The translations under genes were made by a program, and so were the position numbers. From an uncultured Dehalococcoidia bacterium (GTDB taxonomy: Bacteria > Chloroflexota > Dehalococcoidia > Lucifugimonadales > UBA3495), in NCBI GenBank assembly GCA_950072105.1, contig CATMOE010000008.1:21797-85796 (forward strand): a stretch of DNA of 64,000 nucleotides, written 5' to 3'. The notes beneath the pieces were generated by a model. It did not search any database, was not told the DNA's origin, and worked only from the letters and a program-made list of their open reading frames with translations. Positions 48,435-57,923 of this stretch are shown here, piece after piece (position 1 is the first letter of the stretch; every line of letters starts with the position of its first letter).

Positions 48435-50996
48435 ATGGCAAGCACGAAATCGCCGGCGACGGCAACGGTCAACAGCGTAGCCCTCTCCAGTCAAACATTA
48501 GGCAGTTCTGTGCCTCTACCGGACTATGACAAGCAGCGGATCGAAGACATTGGGTTCTTAACGGACATGACTTTGGTGCTATTGGGCAACTACGCCCAAA
48601 CCGGGCACTTTGGCGGCCCGCTAGCTTACTCCGCCTATACCGTCGCATCTCACCTGGCCGGCCCCGATCTGGGCGGACTCCGTTTTGACTATCGCCGGCC
48701 CAAACACCCTTACGCCGACAAATTCATGCTGGCGGGAGGCCATAACGCACCGGTCACCTATGCCCTCTGGATGATTATGGGTGAGGCCATGGCCCGCAAG
48801 CATGCCCAGTCAGGTGACGCCCGGTTTCACGTTGACCCGAATCTGGCGATGCTGTCCATCGACGCCCTAGGCTTCCGCCGAGGAGCCGGGGCACTGAAAG
48901 ATCTGCTGGAGCAGAACAACCTTCAAGACCATCCACTAATGGCTCAAGCCAAGATTCGCGGCATCCGGTCACTGGCAGGGCACGCGGAGACCACGGACGT
49001 TACCAACGATGTTAATGGAGGGCCCTCTGGAATAGGGATAGCGACCGCCGCGGGCAAGGCCGCATTTTGGGACATCATGGGTGCGCCGGATAGCCTGAAG
49101 ATTCTGGCTATCGAAGGCGAATTTGCCATGACCTCCGGCCATGCCCAAGAATTGAAAACCACAGCGGTGGCCCAGCAGGTCGGCAAGCGTCTAAGGATCC
49201 TACTCTCGTATAACAACGCCGGTATCGATGACGAGTTGGTGGGCGGCGTGATCAATCCAGCGTACGCCGCTTACCGGATACAAGACCAATGGGCCTCCTA
49301 CGGCTGGAACGTTTTTGCGTTGGACGACGGTAATGATTACGATCAGGTGGTAGCGGTCCTCAAGACCATGGAGGACTGGGACCCCACAGACAACCGGCCC
49401 ATGATAGTGGTCGGACGTACGGTCAAAGGATGGTGGCCCGCTGCCGAAAACGGAAATATTCCCGGATTCGGAGAACAGATCGTCAGCTACCACAGCCATC
49501 CTTACGCCTTCGCCATGAACGGCGATTACTTCCAAGCCTTGGCCGCAACCTTCGAACAGCGTTTCGGGGTCGAGTTCCAAGGCATCAGGGATGGCGCGGT
49601 ATCCGATAACCGGGAACGCTTGATCCAATTCAAGCACAACATCGACGTCGCCATGTCCGTTCTAGAAAAGGATGGTCTGGGGGACTGGCTGGCCGAGCGG
49701 CTGGTGGAGATTGGCGACTCGGTTAACGACGAATTGCCTTTGCGTATCGACCGGAATATCGACCCGTTCCTCGACCCTCGGTTGGGCGTCGGCAACTTGC
49801 CGATAGAGCCACAGAAGGTCACGATCCGGAATCCCGTATCCGGAGCTGAGAAAGAAGCGACCATCACATTGTTTGAAGAACCCGGCCGCGTCCGCGGCAC
49901 CCGCCGGGGCATATCCGAGATAATCAAGTGGATGAACTACGTCACCGGCAACCGTTTGATCACAGTCGCCGCTGATTTGTCGGACTCCATCAACGTTGAA
50001 GGTGGGTCCTTTTGGGGCCACTACGACCCGGTGGAGAACCCGGCTGGCACTCGGCTCAAGGCGAGTATTCAGGAAGCGGGAAACGCCTCTACGGCCGTGG
50101 GTTTGGTGGGCCAGTCCGCATCCCTGGACCCGGCCAAGCACGTTGGACTTTGGGCCCTGAGCGGCACCTACGGGGCCTTTACGCCCCTGATGTATCTCCC
50201 GGCCCGGGTCTGGAGCCAGCAGAATCAGGACAGCCCCTTCCGGGTTGGGGTGTTGAACATCCTGGCCGGCCATTCCGGTCCGGAAACGGCCGCCGACGCC
50301 CGCACCCACTTCGGCATCTTTTCTCCTCAAGTGTGGAAACTGTTCCCCAGACACCAGGTGATCACCCTGAGTTTCTGGGACTACAACGACGTTGCCGCCG
50401 GGTATTTCGCCGCCGTTGAAATAGCGGCGCGGGACCCAAAGGTCGGCGTCATTGTTCTAGAGGTGGCCAGGCCCGACTTCCCGGTGGCGGACCGCAATAC
50501 CTTCGCCGACAAAGACCTCAAGGCAGCAGCCAAGGGCATGTACGTCATAAGGGACTTTGAGCCAGGCAAGCCAAAACATGGTTATGTAATCTCGCAGGGA
50601 TCATCCTCCACTGTAAATCTGGTGGACATTCTACCCCGTCTGGCGGAAGAAGGGCTGAACGTTAAAGTGATTGCGGCGATCAGCGAAGAGCTGTTCCATC
50701 GGCAACCCGAGGAGTACCGAAATTCGGTTATACCTCCCGAGGCCCGTTTCGATCTGATGGTGGTCAGCACCGGCACCCGGCGCGTCTGGCCCCTGCAGGA
50801 TGCCGGTCCCCTGACCGACGAATATTCGCTGGTTTCAGACTGGCACGACGAATGGCTGACCGGCGGAACCGAGTCCGACGTAATCACCGAGGCACACTTG
50901 GACCCAGAGTCCATCTTCCAAGGAGTAAAGCGCTTCGCCTCGGACCACGACGATCGCATATCCCGGCAAGCGGCCCAGCTGGAAAGTTTGCGCTAA
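48435..50996 (+). CDS. Divergent transketolase-like TPP enzyme
   Basis: GHFGGPL, AGGH, LAGH, ADLSDS, TYGAF, GHSGPETAADARTH. Confidence 0.8.
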   Translation: MASTKSPATATVNSVALSSQTLGSSVPLPDYDKQRIEDIGFLTDMTLVLLGNYAQTGHFGGPLAYSAYTVASHLAGPDLGGLRFDYRRPKHPYADKFMLAGGHNAPVTYALWMIMGEAMARKHAQSGDARFHVDPNLAMLSIDALGFRRGAGALKDLLEQNNLQDHPLMAQAKIRGIRSLAGHAETTDVTNDVNGGPSGIGIATAAGKAAFWDIMGAPDSLKILAIEGEFAMTSGHAQELKTTAVAQQVGKRLRILLSYNNAGIDDELVGGVINPAYAAYRIQDQWASYGWNVFALDDGNDYDQVVAVLKTMEDWDPTDNRPMIVVGRTVKGWWPAAENGNIPGFGEQIVSYHSHPYAFAMNGDYFQALAATFEQRFGVEFQGIRDGAVSDNRERLIQFKHNIDVAMSVLEKDGLGDWLAERLVEIGDSVNDELPLRIDRNIDPFLDPRLGVGNLPIEPQKVTIRNPVSGAEKEATITLFEEPGRVRGTRRGISEIIKWMNYVTGNRLITVAADLSDSINVEGGSFWGHYDPVENPAGTRLKASIQEAGNASTAVGLVGQSASLDPAKHVGLWALSGTYGAFTPLMYLPARVWSQQNQDSPFRVGVLNILAGHSGPETAADARTHFGIFSPQVWKLFPRHQVITLSFWDYNDVAAGYFAAVEIAARDPKVGVIVLEVARPDFPVADRNTFADKDLKAAAKGMYVIRDFEPGKPKHGYVISQGSSSTVNLVDILPRLAEEGLNVKVIAAISEELFHRQPEEYRNSVIPPEARFDLMVVSTGTRRVWPLQDAGPLTDEYSLVSDWHDEWLTGGTESDVITEAHLDPESIFQGVKRFASDHDDRISRQAAQLESLR

Positions 50997-51073
50997 GCCG
51001 GCCTGATCGAGACCATTCAATCTTACGGGTTCATTTATTCTGATGGTGGTGAGCCATCCCGGGAGACTGATAT

Positions 51074-51484
51074 TTGACTGAAGAAAGCATCAAACTCGTT
51101 CGGCGTATGTACGACGAAGCCTGGAACGAGGGCAAACTCGACGTTGTCGATGAGATATGCGCCCCTGACTACGTCGGCGAAGGGCCGTACGGCGACGAGC
51201 ATGGCCCGGAGTCCGTCAAGAGCGGCATCCTAACGCGCCGCCAGGCATTTCCCGACATCCACGTGACCATCGAGGACATCATCGCTTCGGGAGACAAGGT
51301 CGTCGCGCGCCTAACATTTCGGGGAACACATAAGGGCGAGTTTCTAGGTGTCCAACCCACTGGTCAAGAAGTCATTTGGTCGGGAATCTGGATATATCGA
51401 GTCGCCAACGGAAGGTTTGTCGAACGTTGGCATAACTACGATATGCACGGTTTGATGCGGCAGCTAGGCGCAATCCCGTCCTAA
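51074..51484 (+). CDS. SnoaL-like ester cyclase family protein
   Basis: AFPDIHVTIED, GDKVV, GTHKGEFLGVQPTG. Confidence 0.88.
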   Translation: MTEESIKLVRRMYDEAWNEGKLDVVDEICAPDYVGEGPYGDEHGPESVKSGILTRRQAFPDIHVTIEDIIASGDKVVARLTFRGTHKGEFLGVQPTGQEVIWSGIWIYRVANGRFVERWHNYDMHGLMRQLGAIPS

Positions 51485-51732
51485 ATGGTTTCGGGGATAC
51501 CTGCGGGGACTGGACCTTGGCCGCGTCTACAGTGGCTCTTCGCAAGCGTTGTACCCCGCACTGAGTCACCGCAACACAAGGCCCCTCCATGGGCGCCATC
51601 TGGAAATGCTCCCCATTACCATCTATAAAATGTTCGCATAGTTGCCAATTACGATTATGATGGCGCTATGCTGAAGTTCGTCACGTCAATCTCCGGCGGC
51701 TCCTATCAGGCGGCGTCTTCAGTCGTCAATCT

Positions 51733-52890
51733 ATGAGGCAACGCCGATTCCTGACCGCCGTGGCCTTAGGGATGTTCTTCACCCAGAGTGCGTCGTTGAT
51801 GTTGGCCCCGTTATTGGTTGCGATGGCTAATGAGTTCGACACCTTAGTGGCAGTCGCCGGACAGCTCGCCACCGCCACATTCGCGGCGTGGGGCGTGTCC
51901 GTGGTCACCGTAGGGCCATTGTCCGACTCCTTCGGCAGGCGGCCGGTAGCATTAACCGGGCTTACATTGCTTTCCATCGGGGTATTGGCATCGGCCTTCG
52001 CGCCAAACCTGGGAACTTTGATGGCCCTTAGGGTAGTAACCGGGCTTGGCGGCGGCATGATTCCCCCAAACAGCATGGCGGCCGTGGCCGACTCCGTTCC
52101 CACAGCTCGCCGTGCCCAGATAATAGGCGGGATCATGGCATTCGCTACCCTGTCTGGCGTTATTGGCGTACCCTTGGTGGCGGTAGCGGCCGATTCAGGA
52201 GGTTGGCGGCTACCCTTCCTGGTGATTGGAATTCTGTTGGCCGCATGCACTCTGCTCAATTGGTTCTGGTTCCCCAAGAACGAGGGTGCCGGACTCCGGT
52301 CCCTCTCGTTCCTCTCAAGATACCGACTGATATTGGCCATTCCTGTCTTCCGGGCGGCGTTGACGGTGAACGTCGCCCAGCGGATGGCCTACATCGCACT
52401 ATTCAGCTATCTTGCGGCCTACTTGATCAAAACCTACGAAATGAGCGTCGGCGCAATCGCGGTCCCCTTGGCGTTAGTCGGCATCGGCACAGTAGTTGGC
52501 AGCTACATAGGCGGTCCACTGGCCAACCGGAAAGACCGGATGCCCTTGATGGCGATTTCGTCCTTGGCCGGTGGCGCCGCCGCCTTGCTCCTGTTCTTGA
52601 TTGAAGTCCCGGTCTGGGCGGCTGTGGCCATCGCCACGGGAGCGGTTGCGCTTTTGAGCGTCGCCTGGCCATTGATGATTACTTTTAGCGCTGAGATATC
52701 CACCCAATCCCGGGCCACCGGCGTTGGGCTGCTGGGGGCCAGCAACCAATCGGGAGGCGTCGGCGGGGCTGCAATAGGCGGCGTGCTGTTAGCCGCCAGT
52801 GGATTCCCGGGAGTCGGGTACCTATGTTTGGGCGCAACGGCGTTCTCGGCGTTAGTAATCGCGTTATTCATGCGCCAGGCCAGGCCTTGA
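51733..52890 (+). CDS. MFS transporter
   Basis: GPLSDSFGRR motif A, about 12 TMs. Confidence 0.88.
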   Translation: MRQRRFLTAVALGMFFTQSASLMLAPLLVAMANEFDTLVAVAGQLATATFAAWGVSVVTVGPLSDSFGRRPVALTGLTLLSIGVLASAFAPNLGTLMALRVVTGLGGGMIPPNSMAAVADSVPTARRAQIIGGIMAFATLSGVIGVPLVAVAADSGGWRLPFLVIGILLAACTLLNWFWFPKNEGAGLRSLSFLSRYRLILAIPVFRAALTVNVAQRMAYIALFSYLAAYLIKTYEMSVGAIAVPLALVGIGTVVGSYIGGPLANRKDRMPLMAISSLAGGAAALLLFLIEVPVWAAVAIATGAVALLSVAWPLMITFSAEISTQSRATGVGLLGASNQSGGVGGAAIGGVLLAASGFPGVGYLCLGATAFSALVIALFMRQARP

Positions 52891-53104
52891 ACAAAGCCAT
52901 CTGGCTTGACCCTCAGATCGCGATCGTGTATGGAAAATAACCGCTAACTTACACCCTTGTGGGCAGGCATAAGGGGCCCAGCAGGATACGAACCGCCCAG
53001 CGGGGTTAGGCATTGACCGTGGCATGCTGGACGGCGCGATAGAGGAATCAAAAGAACATCTGTAAGAGACGGTTACGAAAAACCGAAGGATCAATTAAGA
53101 AACC

Positions 53105-54220
53105 ATGAAAATCGCCGACATAAAGATAGATGTGATAGAGCGGGAGATTCCCGACACCGGCTTGGATTCAGACCTGGGACGGTTCGCCGGAACCGTGGAG
53201 CAAGGGCTGTTGCGCATCCTCACGGATGATGGCATCGAAGGGAATTGCTACATAGGGGGATTCCGCGGCGGCGGACGCTCCCTTTTCGGTCCAATACTTA
53301 ATGTATTAAAACCCGAACTTCTGGGCCGGGATCCTTCTGAAAGAGAGTGGCTGTGGCATCGCCTGCAGATCTTGAGCTCCCGCAGGGGCATCACCAATCA
53401 AATTTGGGCCCCGGTAGACGTCGCCCTTTGGGATATAATCGGGAAAGCCGCCGGGCTTCCCATCTATAAGCTCTTGGGCACTCAGAGATACGAGACAGAA
53501 GTTTACGGTACATATCCACCTCGGCATGATTCGCCTGATGGGTATGTGGAAGAAGCTCGTGAAATGGTATCCAGGGGTTTTCGCGCCTACAAGATACACC
53601 CTGGCGTGATGAGCACTCGAGACGTCATACGGATGGTGACATTAGTCCGGGAAGCCGTGGGGCCGGACGTTCGGCTTATGCTAGACCCTAATTGCGGCTA
53701 CGATTACCGCAAAGCTCTCGATATCGGCAGAGCCTTGGACCAAAACAAGTTCCATTGGTTCGAAGACCCGGTTCCCCATCACGACCTTGACGCCATCAAA
53801 TCGCTGACCGAGCGGTTGGACGTGCCCCTTTGCATGAGCGACCAGAACCCCAATCAATTCTTTGATGCCGCCAACATGGTCAGAAATCAATCATCGCGAT
53901 TGGTCCGGGGAACGGCCCAAAAACTGGGCATCACCGGATTGAAGAAGCTTTGTTCGCTGGCGGAAGGCTTCGGGATAAATTGCGAGATTGGCACCGCGGC
54001 GAACTCTCTATTGAACGCCGCCAACCTGCACGTCATTTTCTCGGTGTCCAATTGCGATTACTTCGAATACTGGATGCCCCAAGCTGCCCATCAGTTCGGG
54101 CTAGTCGATGACATCCACCTCAACGGCAAAATGGTGATTGAGGCGCCAACCCGGCCTGGTCTGGGCTACGAGCTAGACTGGGATTGGCTGAAAGCCCACA
54201 CCGTAGAAACCTTGGGGTAA
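53105..54220 (+). CDS. Mandelate racemase/muconate lactonizing enzyme family protein
   Basis: DVALWDIIGKAAGLPIYKLLG, AYKIH, MLDPN, WFEDP. Confidence 0.9.
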   Translation: MKIADIKIDVIEREIPDTGLDSDLGRFAGTVEQGLLRILTDDGIEGNCYIGGFRGGGRSLFGPILNVLKPELLGRDPSEREWLWHRLQILSSRRGITNQIWAPVDVALWDIIGKAAGLPIYKLLGTQRYETEVYGTYPPRHDSPDGYVEEAREMVSRGFRAYKIHPGVMSTRDVIRMVTLVREAVGPDVRLMLDPNCGYDYRKALDIGRALDQNKFHWFEDPVPHHDLDAIKSLTERLDVPLCMSDQNPNQFFDAANMVRNQSSRLVRGTAQKLGITGLKKLCSLAEGFGINCEIGTAANSLLNAANLHVIFSVSNCDYFEYWMPQAAHQFGLVDDIHLNGKMVIEAPTRPGLGYELDWDWLKAHTVETLG

Positions 54221-54298
54221 TGGCCTATCTGGGCGTCCCCAAATCGCCAACATAATCATGCACCGAAAAATACCCCTAGCTAAGCGAGGAAGGTAACC

Positions 54299-55930
54299 GT
54301 GGCGCGAGATATCGGACCGGACGGGGTATTCATCAACGCCGCCGGCATGATTACCATGCAAGGTCAGCCTTTTTTTGAAGATGGGTTAACTGCCTTGGCG
54401 GTGCGAGACGGCAACATCATCGCCATCGGTTCCGGCGAGTCCATTCTCTCCATGGCCGGTCAGGTTCCCGTGGTGGACCTGGAACGCGCCGTGGTGATGC
54501 CCGGCCTCATCGACAGCCACAACCATTTTCTAAGTACCGCGCTAGGCTGGAACCGCGTGCAGATCCACGGAGCCAGGTCCATCGATCAACTGTTGGAGTC
54601 TATCGAACAACGCGTCCGTGAAGCGCCGCCCGGCGAGTGGATCCTGTGCTCCAGCCGGTGGCACGAAACCAATCTGGCGGAACGGCGCATGCCCACGGCC
54701 GCGGAGTTGGACCGGGTCGCACCCAATCACCCCGTCTACCTGCCACGGGGAGGCCACGTCGTAGTCACCAACACTTTGGGATTGAAACTGGCGGGAATCT
54801 CGCCGGACAGCACTGATCCGTCGGGAGGCGAATTCGTAAGAGACGGCGCCGGCCGGCTCACCGGCATGTTATTGGAAAGGCCGGCATTCTCCAGTCTCGC
54901 CCGGTTGCTGCCCCAGCCAGGCGAGGACGACCGCCGGTCGGCTATCCGCGCCGGGATCGCAGCCTACAATCAGGTTGGCATCACCGCAGTGAGAGAGCCT
55001 GGATTAACCGGCGAAGAGATTCAGTCTTACCAGGCGGTGATAACCGAGGAGAAGTCGATCAGGGCCTCGCTGATGTGGCGGGTTGATCTTGGCACGTCAC
55101 CGGAAGAGCGGCGACAGTGGGTTCAAGGGTTAGCATCCAAGAGCGAAGGGGGCAACCAGTGGTTGGATATTTGGGGTCTGAAAGTGACCTTGGACGGTGG
55201 TGTGGAAGGCGGCTACTTTTACGACGCATACGCTAACAATCCTGATTTTAAGGGCTTCCCATTCACCAGCCAAGAAAACCTTACGGCCATCGTAGAGGAG
55301 GCCCACCACATCGACTGGAGAGTTGGTGTACATGTAGTCGGCGACGCCGCCTTGGAATTGGCCTTGGACGCGTTCCAGGCAGCCAACGCCCGGTCGTCTA
55401 CCAAAGGCCGCGGACACGCCTTGGAGCACGCTTTCACGCCGGTTCACCGGTCCATGGAGCGGACCCTGGAAATGGGCATCGGCGTGACCCTGCAACACGC
55501 CCTGGTTTACAGCTTGGCCGGTAACATGCAGACCTATTGGGGTGACCGGCGCGCGGCGGACTGCACTCCCTCCCGCGCCTGGATAGATTCGGGGGCTCTG
55601 GTCGGCGCCGGCACGGACTCCCCGGTCACCGGCTACGACCCGTGGCTAAATATATACGGATTTGCCACTCGGGACACCGAAGTCGCCGGAATCATCGGTC
55701 CGGAGCACTGCATCTCCATCGCCGAGGCGTTGCGGGCGTACACCGTCGGGTCGGCGGAGATCTTCGGAAGGGGAAGCGCCCTTGGATCTCTGGAAGTCGG
55801 CAAGGCAGCGGACTTCATCTGCTTGGAGCGTGACCCTCTAGCATCCTCACCCGATCAGGTGCGCCACATGAAAGTAACGCGGACTTTCGTGGGCGGCAGG
55901 CAGGTGTACCCGGGTCCCGGCCGCGAGTAG
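54299..55930 (+). CDS. Amidohydrolase 3 (YtcJ-like)
   Basis: PGLIDSHNH, KVTLDGG, HVVGD, LEHA, GTDSP, GSLEVGKAADF. Confidence 0.9.
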   Translation: MARDIGPDGVFINAAGMITMQGQPFFEDGLTALAVRDGNIIAIGSGESILSMAGQVPVVDLERAVVMPGLIDSHNHFLSTALGWNRVQIHGARSIDQLLESIEQRVREAPPGEWILCSSRWHETNLAERRMPTAAELDRVAPNHPVYLPRGGHVVVTNTLGLKLAGISPDSTDPSGGEFVRDGAGRLTGMLLERPAFSSLARLLPQPGEDDRRSAIRAGIAAYNQVGITAVREPGLTGEEIQSYQAVITEEKSIRASLMWRVDLGTSPEERRQWVQGLASKSEGGNQWLDIWGLKVTLDGGVEGGYFYDAYANNPDFKGFPFTSQENLTAIVEEAHHIDWRVGVHVVGDAALELALDAFQAANARSSTKGRGHALEHAFTPVHRSMERTLEMGIGVTLQHALVYSLAGNMQTYWGDRRAADCTPSRAWIDSGALVGAGTDSPVTGYDPWLNIYGFATRDTEVAGIIGPEHCISIAEALRAYTVGSAEIFGRGSALGSLEVGKAADFICLERDPLASSPDQVRHMKVTRTFVGGRQVYPGPGRE

Positions 55931-55951
55931 CACCGGCAGCGGTGTTCTTGG

Positions 55952-55980
55952 TTGACAGTTAACGATTTTTTCGTTAATGT
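55952..55980 (+). promoter_or_regulatory. Sigma70 promoter with internal palindromic operator; predicts a leaderless transcript
   Basis: TTGACA-17 bp-TAATGT; TTAACGA-N5-TCGTTAA at 55959-55977; ATG 7 nt after the -10. Confidence 0.75.
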
Positions 55981-55987
55981 GCTCAAC

Positions 55988-57508
55988 ATGAAACATCAAT
56001 TGAACCCCGCCGAGCTGGTAATATCTCGCTTCGGGGGCCAGACCTCGCTGGCAGCTCTTCTTGGCAAGCGGCAAAGCACCGTGCAGCATTGGGCGAAAAC
56101 CGGACGGATTCCATCGCAATGGCACGCACAGCTGATGCAGGTCGCCCGCGACAAAGGAATCGCCCTTGAACCCAAGGATTTCGTCGCGATGGAATCTCCG
56201 TCTATCCAGCGGGCTGATGGGAAGCTCGGCATTATGCTTGTGGGCCTAGGCGCCGTTTCCTCCACCCTGATCGCCGGCGTCGAGCAGATTCGGCGCGGCG
56301 TGAGGCAACCTGTTGGATCGATCACTCAGATGGCCACGATCAGGATTGGCAACCGGACGGAGAAACAGACACCCCTGATACGGGATTTTGTTCCGCTGGC
56401 AGACCTAGAGCAACTTGTGTTCGGCGCCTGGGACCCGATTCCCGACAACGCATATGAAGCCGCCTTGAAGTGCGGAGTCTTGAACCGGTATGAAGATATC
56501 GACCCCATTGCGGACTTCCTGAGAAGCATCGAGCCAATGCCAGCCGTATTCGACAGCGAATACGTCAAGCGGATCAAGGGCACCAACACAAAGACGGCAA
56601 GCACTAAGTTCGAAGCCGCCGAGGCTATTCGCGATGACATCCGCCGCTTCAAGGCCACTAACGACTGCGACCGGCTCGTGATGATTTGGTGTGCGTCTAC
56701 CGAAAAATTCGTTACCGAATCGGATGTGCATCAAGACATTGAGAGTTTCATAGGGGGGCTCAGAGAGAACGATGAAAATATCGCACCCTCCATGATTTAT
56801 GCCTACGCCGCCCTGATGGAGGGCGTTCCCTTCGCCAACGGCGCGCCGAATCTGACAACTGACGTCCCAGCTCTCGAGAAGCTAGCACGCGATGAAGAGA
56901 CCCCAATTTGCGGGAAGGACTTCAAGACTGGCCAAACCCTCGTCAAAACAGTGATAGCTCCAATGCTGAAGGCAAGAATGCTTGGCGTGGACGGCTGGTT
57001 TTCGACGAATCTACTGGGCAACCGGGATGGTGAGGTTCTCGATGAGCCTGAGAACTTCAAGACGAAAGAGGAATCGAAGCTTGGTGCCTTGGATTACATC
57101 TTGCAGCCCCATCTGTACCCTAGCCTCTATGCCGATGCCTATCACAAGGTCCGTATCAACTATTACCCGCCCCGTGGAGATAACAAAGAAGGTTGGGACA
57201 ACATAGATATCTTCGGCTGGCTTGGTGGCCGTATGCAGATCAAAGTCAACTTCCTATGCTCAGATTCCATCCTCGCCGCCCCACTAGTGCTCGATGTAGC
57301 TCTGTTTATGGATCTGGCAAAGCGAGCCGGGCTAAGCGGGATTCAGGAGTGGCTGTCCTTCTACTTCAAGAGTCCTCATCATGCGCCAACCGTATATCCA
57401 GAGCATGACCTCTTCATACAGCAGACGAAGCTCAAGAACACCCTCAGGTGGTTAATGGGCGCCGGGCAGATCACGCATCTCGGAATGGAGTACTACCGTG
57501 AGGGTTGA
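55988..57508 (+). CDS. ino1: Cro/YdaS-like HTH fused to myo-inositol-1-phosphate synthase (long type)
   Basis: FGGQTSLAALLGKRQSTVQHWAKTGRIP, then VGLGAVS, WCASTE, GKDFKTGQT, NLLGNRDG, GDNKEGWD, DSILAAP. Confidence 0.9.
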   Translation: MKHQLNPAELVISRFGGQTSLAALLGKRQSTVQHWAKTGRIPSQWHAQLMQVARDKGIALEPKDFVAMESPSIQRADGKLGIMLVGLGAVSSTLIAGVEQIRRGVRQPVGSITQMATIRIGNRTEKQTPLIRDFVPLADLEQLVFGAWDPIPDNAYEAALKCGVLNRYEDIDPIADFLRSIEPMPAVFDSEYVKRIKGTNTKTASTKFEAAEAIRDDIRRFKATNDCDRLVMIWCASTEKFVTESDVHQDIESFIGGLRENDENIAPSMIYAYAALMEGVPFANGAPNLTTDVPALEKLARDEETPICGKDFKTGQTLVKTVIAPMLKARMLGVDGWFSTNLLGNRDGEVLDEPENFKTKEESKLGALDYILQPHLYPSLYADAYHKVRINYYPPRGDNKEGWDNIDIFGWLGGRMQIKVNFLCSDSILAAPLVLDVALFMDLAKRAGLSGIQEWLSFYFKSPHHAPTVYPEHDLFIQQTKLKNTLRWLMGAGQITHLGMEYYREG

Positions 57509-57562
57509 CCTGCAGAACAGGATCGAGGGTGTTCTGGATTTGTATCGAGAAGCTAGAAATCC

Positions 57563-57751
57563 GTGGTGTTCCATGAAGCTCAAATTCGCGGCCCTAGGCT
57601 CACCGCAATAGTATTCGACACGACCCGGAGCTACCAGATCGCGTTTGCCATTTTTATTGCCTGCTTCCTGGCTTCGGCGGTGTTTTTGTATTTCGCACAA
57701 CCTCCCGTCCCTGTGGTATCCACTCCCTCATTAGAAGCCTCAGACTACTGA
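57563..57751 (+). pseudogene. C-terminal remnant of an MFS transporter
   Basis: GP..IVFDTTRSYQIAFAIF resembles the last MFS helices; no N-terminal part present. Confidence 0.55.
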
Positions 57752-57923
57752 TCTGTCGCCGGACTCCAGTTCAAGCCGGCGCCAAATAGTTTATGAGCTT
57801 GGCGGCGTTCTTGCGCAATTCTACGCTGGTGTTAGTGTAAGATCGTGCGGCCTCCGGCAACCGCAACAAGTAGTCCCGGATGCCAAAGGCAGCCATAAAA
57901 GGCGAAACAACAGGGGCGAAGTC

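Noticed and set aside
55952..55987. TTG 55952 as start of HTH-Ino1
   Set aside because: That TTG is the -35 hexamer TTGACA; ATG 55988 fits a leaderless start.
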